Part shown: positions 1-12,800 of the stretch, piece after piece
Position numbering within the stretch: position 1 is the first letter of the stretch
How the letters are laid out: each line of letters begins with the position of its first letter
Source of the DNA: Rhynchopus sp. YZ270_cl-10
Lineage: Eukaryota
Assembly: GCA_964035575.1 (NCBI GenBank)
Contig: OZ037836.1
Location: 682,001-746,000, forward strand
Direction of reading: 5' to 3'
Length of the DNA: 64,000 nt
Position numbers and translations under genes: made by a program
The notes under the pieces: model-generated
Databases searched by the model: none
Seen by the model: only the letters and a program-made list of their open reading frames with translations
What the model was told of the DNA's origin: nothing

Positions 1-309
1 GGGCATGATAAGAGATTCTTTGGTTCGATGAACCGAAGCCGCACCGTGCTGAGCACAAGCTAATACCAAGCAATGTATCCAGATACCTTTACTGGAACGG
101 TGATTACGTGATTAAAAAGGGGGTGGTGGTGGAATTGATAGAGTGGAGAGGGGGAAAATCTAAACGTCCACTCTCTGTTGATTCTAAAAATGGGTAGGAA
201 AAATCGCGAATAGAAAAAATGGGGAAAATGATGATAAATAAGAAACGAAATATTTTTTTCGTTGATCGCACCGTTTGTGAAGTGTGTAGAGACAAAATCA
301 AAATTTTAT

Positions 310-645
310 TTTTCCTTCCTTCAAAACTTCACACACAACGCTTTTGGTTTTTGGAAGACACACAAGGTGCCAGGTTCTATGATATGCACGGAACCACCCT
401 GCACCTGTTTGTCATATATATTGTTTCCCGTGCAATACATGAGGAAACGTTTCGCGTCGAAACTAGGGCTTTTTAAAGCTTTTTGATAAAAATTAGCGAG
501 ATACAAAAACCAGCGCGTGTGGAAGAAAAAAGGAGAGGAAGATATTTTTTCTGATTCAAAGTGGTGTTTACGTTTTGGGTACGGGGCGGAGAATAAAATC
601 TGTTCGATAAAAGAAACGCGAGCTTATTGTTTTATCTTGTTCAAA
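310..645. repeat. Dispersed repeat family A (ccttcaaaacttcacacacaacgcttttgg...)
   Basis: Near-identical copy at ~25855-26180; partial copies at ~36188-36340 and ~37520-37740/37905-37955. Confidence 0.85.
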
Positions 646-890
646 AAAAATTCTGGATAAGTTGTGTCGTGTTTACATCGCTCTCACCAAAAATTCGGGT
701 ACACACACACGATTTCATTTCCTTCCCTACAACCTTTGCAAGGCAGTTGTCTCAAATACAAAGTGACTTGAAATACAAAAAACCCCTTCTGTGCACTGGT
801 ACGTGACCAAGCACACTGGAATAAAGGAGAAGTTGAAAGTGAAAAAGAATGGCATTTGACCATTTTTGTTGTGATTAAAAAAAAGCTGTT

Positions 891-3800
891 CTAACGCTTG
901 CCACGAGAGTCAGACTTGGAGTACGACTTGGGTTCGGAGTCGGAGTGGGTGTGGTCAGGGGCACGGCGGCACTCACAGAAGGCCTCCCAGCTGTCCTGGG
1001 CCTGCTTCTGGCAGTCGGAGGTCTTGTCGGACTTCTCTGGGGTTGGTGTGGGTGCGTCGTCGGTGTGGGTGTGTCCGTCGTGGTCCTTGTTGCACAAGTG
1101 GACGTGGTGCTGGTTCCGCAGGTAGTACACCGGCTCAACAAGCTGGTCGTGGCTCCACACCACACCAAAGACTCCGTGCCAGCCCGCAACAGGGAGGTCG
1201 AGGAACTTGTGGATGGCCTTGGTCGCAAGGACGCCGTCGAGCGAGAGCTCGTTGAGGCAGGTGCCGTGGAAAGCACCGACATAGGCGGCGCGCAGGATGT
1301 CACCGATGTAGGCAAAGGCAGGGCGGTAGTAGATGCTGTCGACCCAGTGCTCCCTGTCCTGCACGCTGTCCTCCTTCAGGTTCTGCACAAGGAACACGTC
1401 GCGGTCTGCGCCCCCGGTGAGCTTGTCCTCATCGAAGGAGCGGTCGCGCTTCTCGTAGGCCTCCATGCGCTTCCAGTGGTCGCTGTCCAGCACAGAGAAG
1501 AAGGACCGGCGTGGCCGAACAATCGGGTCCGACACAAGGCTGTTGGTCTGGCGCCACATCGGCACCACCGCCACCCCGTTGCTGCCCGACAGCATGTCCT
1601 CCCCGTCCCCGCCGTGCATCTCGTCCGACTGCGACGCACTCTCAGGCTCGTCGTGGCCGTACACCCCGCGGCCCTTGTTGTGGTAGAAGGACAGGCCCTT
1701 GAGCGACGCGTCGAAGCTCACGTCGCCCAGCTCCTGCGCGCGTGACTTGAGTGCCGGGCGTGTCACACGGTCCTCAATCACCTTCTCCACAAAGTCGAGG
1801 TGCTCGTTCAGGGCCGTGTTGATTCCGCGCAGCCCGTACTCCGCCGACGGGTGGAACGGTGCGCCCTCAAAGGTGGCCACAACCACAAGCCCGTAGTCCC
1901 CCAGGAGCGAGTCCTTCCCGTCCCCGCCCTCAATCGTGTCGCAGCCCCACTTTGTGTACGGGAGGCTGTTCCACTCCCAGCGCTTCTTCAGGTTCCTGCC
2001 GTCAATCGCGTCCGACGCCCAGAAGTCGCGCTTCACGTGCATCGCAAGTGTCTCCTTCAGCGTCTCGAGGAGCTCCTTGAACTCGTCCTCGTCATCCTTG
2101 CTCTTGCTTGCGCTGTTCTTCCCAACCTGCGTGAAGTAGTTGCTGTCGTGTGTGTGGTTCAAGAAGAGCCCCTTCGCCATCAGCAGCAGCGAGTCACCCA
2201 CAACCACATCGTCACCAGCCCCGCCGTCCAGCTCGTCGTTCGACAGGAACAGCTGGACCACAGGCGCCACCTTGCCGCCACGCCTGTTTGCGTACAGCTC
2301 CTGGATGACCGAGTGGTGTGCCTCAAACAGCGCCATCCCCACGTCGACCGCCACAGTCTCGTAGTCCGCGTAGGTCAGCATCAGCTCCTTGACAGTCTGC
2401 TTCAGCCCTGTGTAGGCAAAGTGCTCGTGGTACACAACGTCCGTGAAGGCCTCAAGCCTGTCGCCTGCAAGCGTGTCGCTCCCGTTCCCACCCGCCAGCT
2501 TGTCGTTCCCGCTGTGCACAGCCGTCGCAAGGGCGGCCACAGCTGCCTCGTCCGTGTCGGCCAGGAACGTCCCCGCGTCGACAGACATGCGGGCCAGGCG
2601 GAACTGCAGCTCCCCCCAGCGCGCAGCAGTGCGCTCGCGCATCTCGTCCAGCGCATCGACACGCAGGTTCAGCAGGGCGTGGTGGAAGGCAGCGTCTCCA
2701 ACCACCACGTCGTTTCCGGCACCGCCCGATAGGTCGTCGTTTCCAGACACCTCCTGTGCATGGCGCAGCACGTCCGGAACAATCGCCGCAAACGGACGCA
2801 CCACAGCATCCGCCGCCACAAGCTCCAGGTCCCCGGCAGCCACAGCGTCAAGCATCATCATCATGTCCTCGGGCACAAGCGTCCCAAGTGCCGCGTCGTC
2901 AACAGGGCGCAGCACAGAGGCACGCGACGTCTGCTCAGGCGCAATCCACATCGGGATGTTTGTCACCGCCCCGTAGAAGGGGAGGTCCACCTTCCACGCC
3001 TCCTCGTCGCGCGCCGCACGCAGCACACGCACAACAGTCGTCACAAGCGGCAGGCACGAGTCGTAGTGGTACACAGACGACACAGTGTCACCGTACACAA
3101 AGTCGTCCCCGTCGCCCCCGTCCATCACATCATCTCCACGCTGTCCAATCAGCACGTCGTCCCCAGCGTCACCGTGGATCTCGTCGTTCCCAGACTCCAG
3201 CAGGCGCAGCCCCGCCAGCGCCGTGCGCCACGGCCTGCGTGTGCTCTCGAACTCAAACTTCTTCGTCTCCCCGTCGCGCTCGTAGCCACCGAGGGCCAGG
3301 AGCAGGTCTGCGTCCAGAAGAGCCGTTGCCTCCTCGGGCGTGAAGTGTGCGTCGCGCCATGTGTCCACCCACTGGTGCGTCAGCATCGCCTGCTCCTCAA
3401 GCACCACGTTCCTGTGCCACGCCCCGGTCTTCGTGTTCACACGCGGCTCCCCGTCCTCTGTGAAGGCACGCACCACGTGGCCCATGTCGCCAAGCACCAC
3501 GTCCGCCCCGGCACCGCCACGCAGCACGTCGCTCCCGTGCTCACCGAAGACCTCGTCCTCACCGTCCCCGCCGTCCATCACGTCGTTACCACGCTGTCCG
3601 TGCAGGATGTCGTCCCCGCCGTCACCGAGGATCGTGTCGTTCCCGGCCACCAGGTCCACGTCGTCATAACGCTGCACAAGGCGCACCACGTCTGCGTAGC
3701 GTGCTGCACCCGGGTAGCGCTGCCACTGCAGGTCGTTCACGTACGGCGGCGGCGACGCGTACATCTGCGGGTGTGCTGCAGGCACAGCCGTCGACGGCAC

Positions 3801-6800
3801 CGGTGTCGGCGCCGAGCACGCGTACGTCAGCTCAAACCCGAGGTCGTGTGTGTAGCCGTCGCTCGCGAACCGCACAAGCACGTCCTGTGTGTAGGTCGAG
3901 CTCTCGGGCAGGTCCCAGCCAGACAGCTCCCACTCAAGCGCAAGGGACCCGTTGCTGGCCACAGTGTACAGCGACACGGTGTCGTAGCGGCGCTCCGTTG
4001 CAAACCGCGACCACTCAATGTGCACCGAGTCGCCAATGCAGCCGGTCACCCAGCACTTGTTCTCGTTCGGGCCGTACTGTGCCTCGCCGTGGTCTCTTGT
4101 GTGTGTACGCGAGTCTGAGTCAGAGTCAGAGTCCGAGTTTGAGCTTGAGCTCGAGTCCGGCTGCGGGTGGTTCACCGCCCCCATCTGGTCCGCAAGCAGC
4201 ACGTAGTCGTCGCAGAAGAGCGGGCGCACCACAGGCGACGGCGTCAACGGCACAGGCACAGCCTCCGCACGCGGCACGTACAACGCACGGTCAATCAGAC
4301 CGTTGTCACCCAGCACCACGTCTGCCTCAGACCCACCGTGGATCACGTCGTCACCGTCCACACCGTCCAGCACGTCGTGTCCTCCGGTGATGTCGTCCTC
4401 ACCCTCGTCTCCGAAGATCACGTCCCCACCCTGCTGGCCGAGAATCATGTCGTCTCCCTTGCCACCGTGGATCGTGTCGTTCGCACCGGCGTCGCCCGCC
4501 TGCGTGAAGATCGAGCGGTACTGGTGCAGCACACGGAAGGACCCGTTGAAGAGCGCGTGGTCACCCAGAATCACGTCCTCGTCGTCGCCTCCGTGCAGCG
4601 TGTCGCTTGCAGTCCCACCGAAGAGGTAGTCCTCCCCGTTCTCACCGAAGATCGTGTCGTCACCTCCACGGCCCACCACAGGCGCCGTCGTCCGTGCCCA
4701 CAGGATCTCGTGGTCCGCACGGCGCAGCTCCGCCTCCGCATGGTCTCCAAAGAGCATGTCCATCCCGTCCCCACCCGAGATCGTGTCCGCCCCCTGCTGG
4801 CCCATCACAAAGTCGTCCTCCGTCCCGGCAGCAATCGTGTCGTCCCCACCGAACTCAGACTCCACGAATATCGTTGTGAACGTGCGTGTGCCGTACGTCG
4901 CATCGCGTGCCTGTGCAATGTGTCCACTGTCGCCGAAGATGAAGTCCTCGTCGGCCCCACCGAAGAGCGTGTCTGCACCCACACCACCCATGATGTAGTC
5001 CGCACCCTCGTCGCCGCTGATCGTGTCGTCTCCGCCCGACGTCTCCACCGTCGACGTGATGGTCTGCTCCTTGCGCAGCACCACGCGTCCCTGGTCTCCC
5101 AGCAGCCAGTCGTCCCCGGCGTTGCCTGTGATGTTGTCGTCTCCCTGCCCACCGAGCACAATGTCGTTCCCAGATCCAGCCACAATGTCGTCGTCCCCAC
5201 CGTTGAACTCCGCCTCCGTGAACAGCGACTCGAGCACCACGTCCCCCTTCGCCACAGAGTACCAGGTTCCGTGGTCGCCGAAGACAACGTCCGCATCTTC
5301 CCCAGAGTGCACGCTGTCCGCACCTGCGCCTCCAAACACGTGGTCCTCACCGTCCCCCGTCGTCACCACGTCGTCACCACCGTGCTCTGCCGAGATCGAC
5401 ACCTCGACAATCGGGAGCCCGCCCGCCGCCACAGTGATGCGACCAAAGTCGCCGAAGACAGTGTCTCCCCCGCCTTGCGTGTGCACAACGTCCCCAACCT
5501 GGCCACCGAACACGTAGTCGTCGTCCGCCCCGGTGTCAATCGTGTCCGCACCCCCGTTCTCTGCAGCCTCTGTCGCCGTGCTCTCGTACACAGCCCCGGT
5601 CACCGTCAGGTTGATCGCACCGTGGTCGCCGAAGACCACGTCCGCACCGGCTGCCGTCGTGATCTCGTCCGCACCCTGGCCACCGAACACATAGTCCGCC
5701 CCGGCGTGCGTGTCAATCACGTCCGCAGCCCCGTACTGCACGTCCGTGCTGTTCGCAACACGCACCGTCGTCGTCATGTCCAGCGCAAACAGCATCGGCG
5801 CCACGTGTCCTGCACGCGCACGCGAAGTCTCGCCGTCGTTGTCGTTCCAAAAACTAATGTCATCAAGCGTCGTTCCGTTCTGCGTGCCCCAGGCAATGTT
5901 CACAATCCCGTGGTCCCCGAAGACCCAGTCGTCCCCGTCCCCACCGGTCACGTTGTCAACGCCGCTTCCTCCGAAGATGTAGTCCGCATCGCCCTCACCG
6001 GCAATCGTGTTCGCACCCGGCACCACAGAAGCATTTGTAGACACCGCCACCGCGTGCGTCGCGTTTGCTGTGTACGACCCGTAGTCCCCGAAGAGCACGT
6101 CCGACCCGTCCGCACCGAAGATCTCGTCATCCGCGTGTCCGCCCATCACCACGTCGTGCCCGCCCTCGCCGTGCAGCACATCGTCGCCTCCGGCAAGCGT
6201 CGTCGTCGTGAATGCAGTCACCTCCGTCGAGATGCTCGGTGTCACAGACCCGCCAGCGTGGTCCCCGAACAGCCAGTCGCTCCCGTCGCCTCCCCACAGC
6301 GTGTCCACGCCCTGCCCACCGACCAGGATGTCGTCACCACGCTCCCCGAAGAGCACGTCCCCAGTCCCGGTCGCCTCCTCCATGTCCGTCTCCGACGACG
6401 CAAACGAGAAGTCCCCGGCCACAAGCGCCGTGTACACACCTGCGTCACCGAAGACCACGTCGTCGCCCTTGCCGGCGTACACAGTGTCCGCCCCGGCACC
6501 ACCAAGCACAATGTCCGCATCGTCCCCGGCATAGATCAAGTCGCCCTCACCTGCGTCGCGGATCGCCGTCGCCACAGACGTCACCAGACGCACCGCACCC
6601 GGGTACGCAAACACCACAGACCCGTGGTCACCCACCACAACGTCTGCCCCCGCCGCCGTGTTCACAGTGTCCACACCGTTTCCACCGAACACCACGTCGT
6701 GGCCCGCTGCCGTCTCGACCACGTCCGCCCCGCCCGCACTGCTGCAGGCAGACACCGCACGCGTTAGGTCCCCGTGCGTGAAAGCCGCATACCCGTAGTC

Positions 6801-9800
6801 CGCGAACACCACGTCCGCACCCTCATCTGTCGTGATCGTGTCGTTCCCGTCCCCACCAAACACCAGGTATGACGCAATCCCGACAGCTGTGATTGTGTCG
6901 TTCCCACCCGCAGCGCAGTGGTCCGTGAACGCAGACGACCGCAGCGACAGCACCCCGCTCTGCGCTGCCGTGCTTTCCTCAGGCACACCCACCGTGTCCT
7001 TGCCCCCGAGAATCACGTTCCCAGTGTCGCCGAAGATGATGTCGTCCCCGAGTCCGGCAAGGATGGTGTCGTCGTCGAACCCACCCACAATCACAAGCGG
7101 CAGCGTCGACGTCGATGCGTCCACCACGTCGTTCCCAGCCTCCGTGCCGACCACGAAGAATCCGTTCACCTTGTCCGCAAGCGCCACCGTCACGTTGTCC
7201 GCGCCAGCACCCGTGAAGAGCTGCGTGATCGTGCGCACGTCCTCCGCCACACTCACGTTTGCTTCAGACCCGTACGTCGACGACACCACAACCGTGTCCG
7301 CGTGGGGAGACAGCCACAGCGTCACCCCGCGCGAGTAGTCCGCACCCGTGTACACAATGTCTGCAGGCGCAAGGCCGGTGATCAGGCCCGCCGTCAGCGC
7401 CACAGCAGGCTTCCCTGTCGTCGCAACGCTGTCAGACACAAGCAGGCGCGTGCGTCCAGAAGACCCGCCATCCAGCGTCAGCAGCGCCTCCACGTAGTCG
7501 AGACGTCCCTCCACCTTCTGCACCGTCGTTGCCGCTGCGTTGTTCAGCACCAGTGCGTCCGACCCAACCACGAACGTGTCGTCCCCGGCATGCGAGCGCA
7601 CCACCGTCGGCACCGACGTTCCGCGGATGTTCAGAGTGTCCGCCAGGTCCGTTGCCAGGTCAATGTCCACAGACTCCACACCGACGTACAGCACCCCGGC
7701 CCGCATCGGGCGCGAGTCAATGCGCACAAAGTCCAGCAGCTCCTCCTCTGCCCCGACCACGTTCGTCGTGTCCAGCACCATCGCGCCCGCAGTTCCCTCC
7801 ACCGCAAGCTCACCGACGTAGCGCACCACGTAGCCCCACGGCAGCCTGTCCACGGCAAAGCTCTGCGCACACGGCCCGATACCCGCAGTTCCACAGTCCG
7901 CCACAGGGAACACCGCCGCCTGCAGGTCTGCCTCCATCGTCTCCGCAGACGTTCCGACGGCAAATGTGAGCGAGTGCGCCACACTGCCCACGTTGAAGCT
8001 CAGCGTGAACGACCCGCTTGTCCCGCGCACAGCCACAACCTGCACAATCACAGACGAGCTGTCGCGTGTTGCGTACATCCCAAGCCCGGTCAGCTCCGAG
8101 CGCGTCAGGAACCCGGCGTCCCCGAACGTGTTCCCCTGCGTGTTGTTCACCCACATCCAGTCCGTCCCCTCCCCACCGTACGCGACCACCATGTCCTTGA
8201 TGCCGCCCAGGAGGCCGTCGCCAGCCCCAAAGGTGAAGGTGTCGTTCCCAGAGGACCCGTTCAGCACAACCGGTCCGTGCGCAGCCAGCACCGTGAAGGT
8301 GTCGTCGTCTTTCCCGGCGTTCACGTAGGTCGCCCCCAGGTGGGTTCCGTTCACAACCACGTCGTCCTTTGCAGGGCCCAGGTTCACAACCACCACCTCC
8401 ATGCTTGTGTAGGTCACACCCCCGAGCACAGTTGTCCCCGCCAGCATGCGCGACTCTCCCATGCCCATTCCGGTGATGCGCCCCTCCGTCAGCGTCACTG
8501 TTGACGAAAGGAATCCGCCCGTGTTCTCCACCACAAGGCGGTCCACCTGCTGCTCCTCGCGCACCGTCAGCCACGGGTTCACCTGCACCGGGTAGGCATC
8601 GATGTCCACCTCCCCCGGGTACATCACCGCCTTCAGTGTTGTCACCGCACCGTCCGCCTCTCCGCCACCGACCGTCAGCGGACCTTGGATCTGGTACGCA
8701 AGCGCCGGCTGCGACGCGAACTGCTGTGTCGTGTCCCCCTGGTCAATGATGCCATCCTCTATCCCTTGCACAAACACCATCACAGACTCTGTGTAGTTCC
8801 ACACGTCAAACACAATCGACGAAGGCGACACAACAACCTGCTTGCGTGTCAGCGACGACTTCCCCCACACCTGTGACGCCACAACATTCACGTCGACCGT
8901 CACCGCCCCGACCGGCGCCTTCGTCAGGTACACGTAGTACGCATCCAGCCGTGACTCAAACAGCTCCGTCTTGCCTTGAGTCTCAAGCACCACAAGTGCA
9001 GGTGCGTCGTTGTCGAGGATCTCCACGTTCACCGCGTTCGCTGCCAGGGATGCAGAGCGGAAGAAGGTGTTCGACGCCGCCACCGTCACCTCGTGGTTCA
9101 GTGCCGCAAAGTGGAAGCCCTCCACAAGCATGTCGTTCACCGCAGTCACACGCACCGTCTGTCTGCACGGGTTCGCCGACTCGGCCGAGAACGAGAACGT
9201 TGCCGGCTCCACAACCACCTGCGCCGCGTCGTAGCGCACTGCAATGTCCACGTCCTGCGGGCGTGCCTTCGCCACACATGGGCGCAGCAGCACCTCGTAC
9301 TCGACGCTCGTCCCAACCTCCCCGAGCCCGCTCTCAGACACACGCATGCCCGTCGTCGTGTCCGGCGTCTCCAGGATGTACAGCTCGGCCTGGTCCGCGT
9401 CGATGATGCGCACCGGCACAGTCGGGATCTTCAGCGTGTCGTAGCCGTCGCGGTTCGACAGCTGCACCACAGTGTGTCCGACTTGCACCACCTCGTTCCC
9501 TTCGAGGGCGTGGTCCTGCACCACCGTCACCACAACCGTACGCGGCACATACCAGTTCTGCGCCGTGAAGATGATCGTGTTCGGCGACACCGTCACCGAT
9601 GCTGCCCCCGGGATCTCCGACGGTGCAGCAGGATTAGGAATCGTCACCGTGACACTGTCGTTCGCACCAGACCCGTTGATGCGGTGTGCCATGAGCAGCT
9701 GGTACTCACCCGTCAGTTCCCCAGACGACCCCTCCACCAGCTGGATCTCCGTCGGCACCATAACCGCAATCGACGCGACGTCCGTGTCTGTGATGTACGC

Positions 9801-12800
9801 CGTCACACCGTGCGCCTCAAGCCCGTCGTACGACGAGTCTGTGGCAGACGAGATCGCGTGCTCCACAATGCCGTTGTGTCCACGCAGGTCGTTGCTTGAC
9901 ACAGGCACCGAGTAGCGCGGTGTGATGTACACCACGTCGCTTCCGAGGCCGCCGAATACGTTCGTCTGCACGTGTGCCGCTGTCGACATCACGTAGATCG
10001 TGTCGTCTCCTGCCTGTGTGTTCAGCTCCACAGACTCAATCCCGACAAAAGTGATGTGCAGCCCAGCCCCGTAGATCCCGTCCTTCGTGATCACAAATGT
10101 GTCCTCCTCATTCGTTCCAATCGCCACCAGTGTGTCGAACCCAGGTCCCCCGTCAATAGCGACATTCGCGTTGATGGTGTAGAACACCACATCGTCGCCC
10201 TCATTCGTCGCAACATCCGTCTTCTTAAGCGCAGGGTCAGGCTCCACCGCATTCGCAAGCGCAAACGCACGCACCGTGAAACGGTCGTTGTCCACACCTC
10301 CGCGCAGCGACAGTGGACCCAGGTTCCGCATCACCACAAACGTGTCCTCACCGCTCTCTCCGTTGCAGGTCATTTGCTCCCCGTTTCCGTCGCTCAGGAA
10401 GCCCTCCGTCGTCTCGGTTGTGTCAAACGCGTCCTCCGGTATCGACATGCTCCCCTCCACACGCAGCGAGTTGTACAGCTGTCCAATCAAGAAGCGGTCG
10501 TTTCCGGCCCCACCGTTCTGCGTCACAGTCCCCACAGTTCCGTCCGTGATGAACGAGTCGTCGCCCGCAAGTCCGTTCACCGTGATGCCACCGTTGATCG
10601 TGCGGTCGATGTCCAGACGCTCCGCCTCAGACCTGTCCGAGTGCATCAGCGCAATGAAGTTCTTCCTGAACAGAAACGTGTCGTCCGCAGCAGTCCCGCT
10701 AACCACAAGCACGTTCACCTCTGCACCATTGTTGTTCGTGTACCCGGAGTCCGACAGCTGAATGCGCGACTGCCCTGTCCCAGAGAACCCGATGCTGTAC
10801 GCATCGTTTCCGTTCTGCCCGTCCAGGTGCAGCAGCTGCGAGATGCGGTTCAGCACAACGTCCCCCTCCGTCGTCACAGGCACAGTCATGTTGTCCTCGC
10901 CGCCCCCGGCGTTCACCCAGGTCTCTCCGCTCACACCGCTCACCGTCAGCGTGTCGTCCTTCGTTCCTCCCGTCAGCACAGTCTCCCCGCTGTGTGTTCC
11001 CGAGATCGTGAAAGTCGACGGCTGCTGCATCGGCAGCTTGACCTCAACCTTGACACAGGCGCTGTAGACCACACCGTCCGCAGACATCCCGAGCCCGGTC
11101 ACACGTGTTGCCGTCAGCTCCCCGACGTTTCCGGTTGCAGTGTCCATCGAGTCGTCAAGCACAAGGGTTGCCACGTTCGACCCCGACACCTTCACGGGCG
11201 ACACAATGTCCGACAGCGACCCGCTTCCGACAGTGATCGTGTCCGCACCTCCGGCCCCCTGCACCTCCACAGACGCACCAGCCGGTGTCGAGTCCACCAC
11301 AAACGTGTCCACGCCGCTCGTCAGCGTCACACGCAGCACATCAATCGTGCTGAAGGTAAGCTTCCCAGACATCCATGGGAGCAACACCCGGGTCGAGTAC
11401 AGCATGCCCGCACCACCCACAGACGAATGCACGTACAGCGTGTCCTGGCCGTTTCCGCCCACAACGTTCACGTCCCCGGCCATGGCCGCCCCCGTAGTCA
11501 CAACCACCTTGTCGTTCCCGCCGTTCAGGTACAGCGACAGCTTCGTCCCCGCCGTCGACCCGGTGATGGTCACCAGGTTCGCCTGGCCGTTCAGGTAGAT
11601 CGTCACCTCCTCAAAGTTGCTGTACTGGATGCCCGTCCCAGACATCCCGAACCCGGTGATCTTCCCATCCGAAAGCGTCCCTGCCGGAAGGTCGGTGGTG
11701 ACACCCGAGAAGTCGAGGATCAGCCTGTCGTAGCCGCTGTCGTCACCTCCGTCGAAGACTCCGCGCGACACAGGGTTCTCCACCAGGATCGTGTCCGAGA
11801 ACTTCCCTCCGCTTCCGGAGTAGGAGAGGAAGTCCGTGAACTCCTGAACCTGTCTGTTGTCGTCCTGCCCGGATGCCGGCGGGACGCCGAAGAGCACCTC
11901 GACCTCCTCCGACCCTGCCGCCCCGTTCACGTAGCGGATTGTGAAGTACTCGCCCTTGTCCGCCGTGTCGCCGGTCACCCTGCGCGCGGCACGCGGACCC
12001 ATGTTCAGCTGCAGCGTGTTGCTTCCCACAGTCGCCAGAATCGGCAGTGCCGGCGGCGTCGTGTCGAGCTCCAAGAAGCATTTCGACACAGAGAAGCGGT
12101 ACACACTCTCCCAGCGTCCACGCGGCCAGCAGCCGTACCACTTGCACTTCCAGTTCACGAACGGGTTGAACAGTTTGACGCTGAAGGAAGCGGACGCACA
12201 CATTTTGATCTTGATGTTGAAGATGTCGAGGAACGACCCGGCCTCAACAATGCTCTTGATCTCGCTGAAGCGGATCTTCCCGTCGTCGTTCGGGTCGTAT
12301 AGGTCAATGCTCCCTGTGAAGGACAGCTTCCCAGACCCACTCAGCTTCGCAAGCAGCAGGTTCAGTGTCGCTCCGACGCGCACAGTTCCTGCTGAGTACA
12401 GCTCGGGGATGTCGACACCGCCGGTTCCGGTCGGGATGTCCGTGTCGGACAGGAAGAACCCGTCAAGCGCCAGCTCCGGCTTGCCCTTCGCAATCGCACG
12501 ACGGATACCAGACGTGTCGTAACCCATCGACACACGCGCACGGAACTGGAACGAACCGTAGAAGTCGACCACAATGATACCTGCCGCAACTGGGAACCAG
12601 AAGTCAATCGTCACGTCAATCTCCATCACAGGTGTCTGCACCACAAACAGGTCCACGTCCTTGCCCGTGATGAGCCCCATCACTCCCAACGGAGACAGGA
12701 ACGGGAGGTTGAAGATGGCGTCCGGGTCCGTCAGCGTCGACATCAGTTTCTTCATCTTGGATGACCCGGTCGACGACGCACTTGACAGCGGCTTCTTGTC

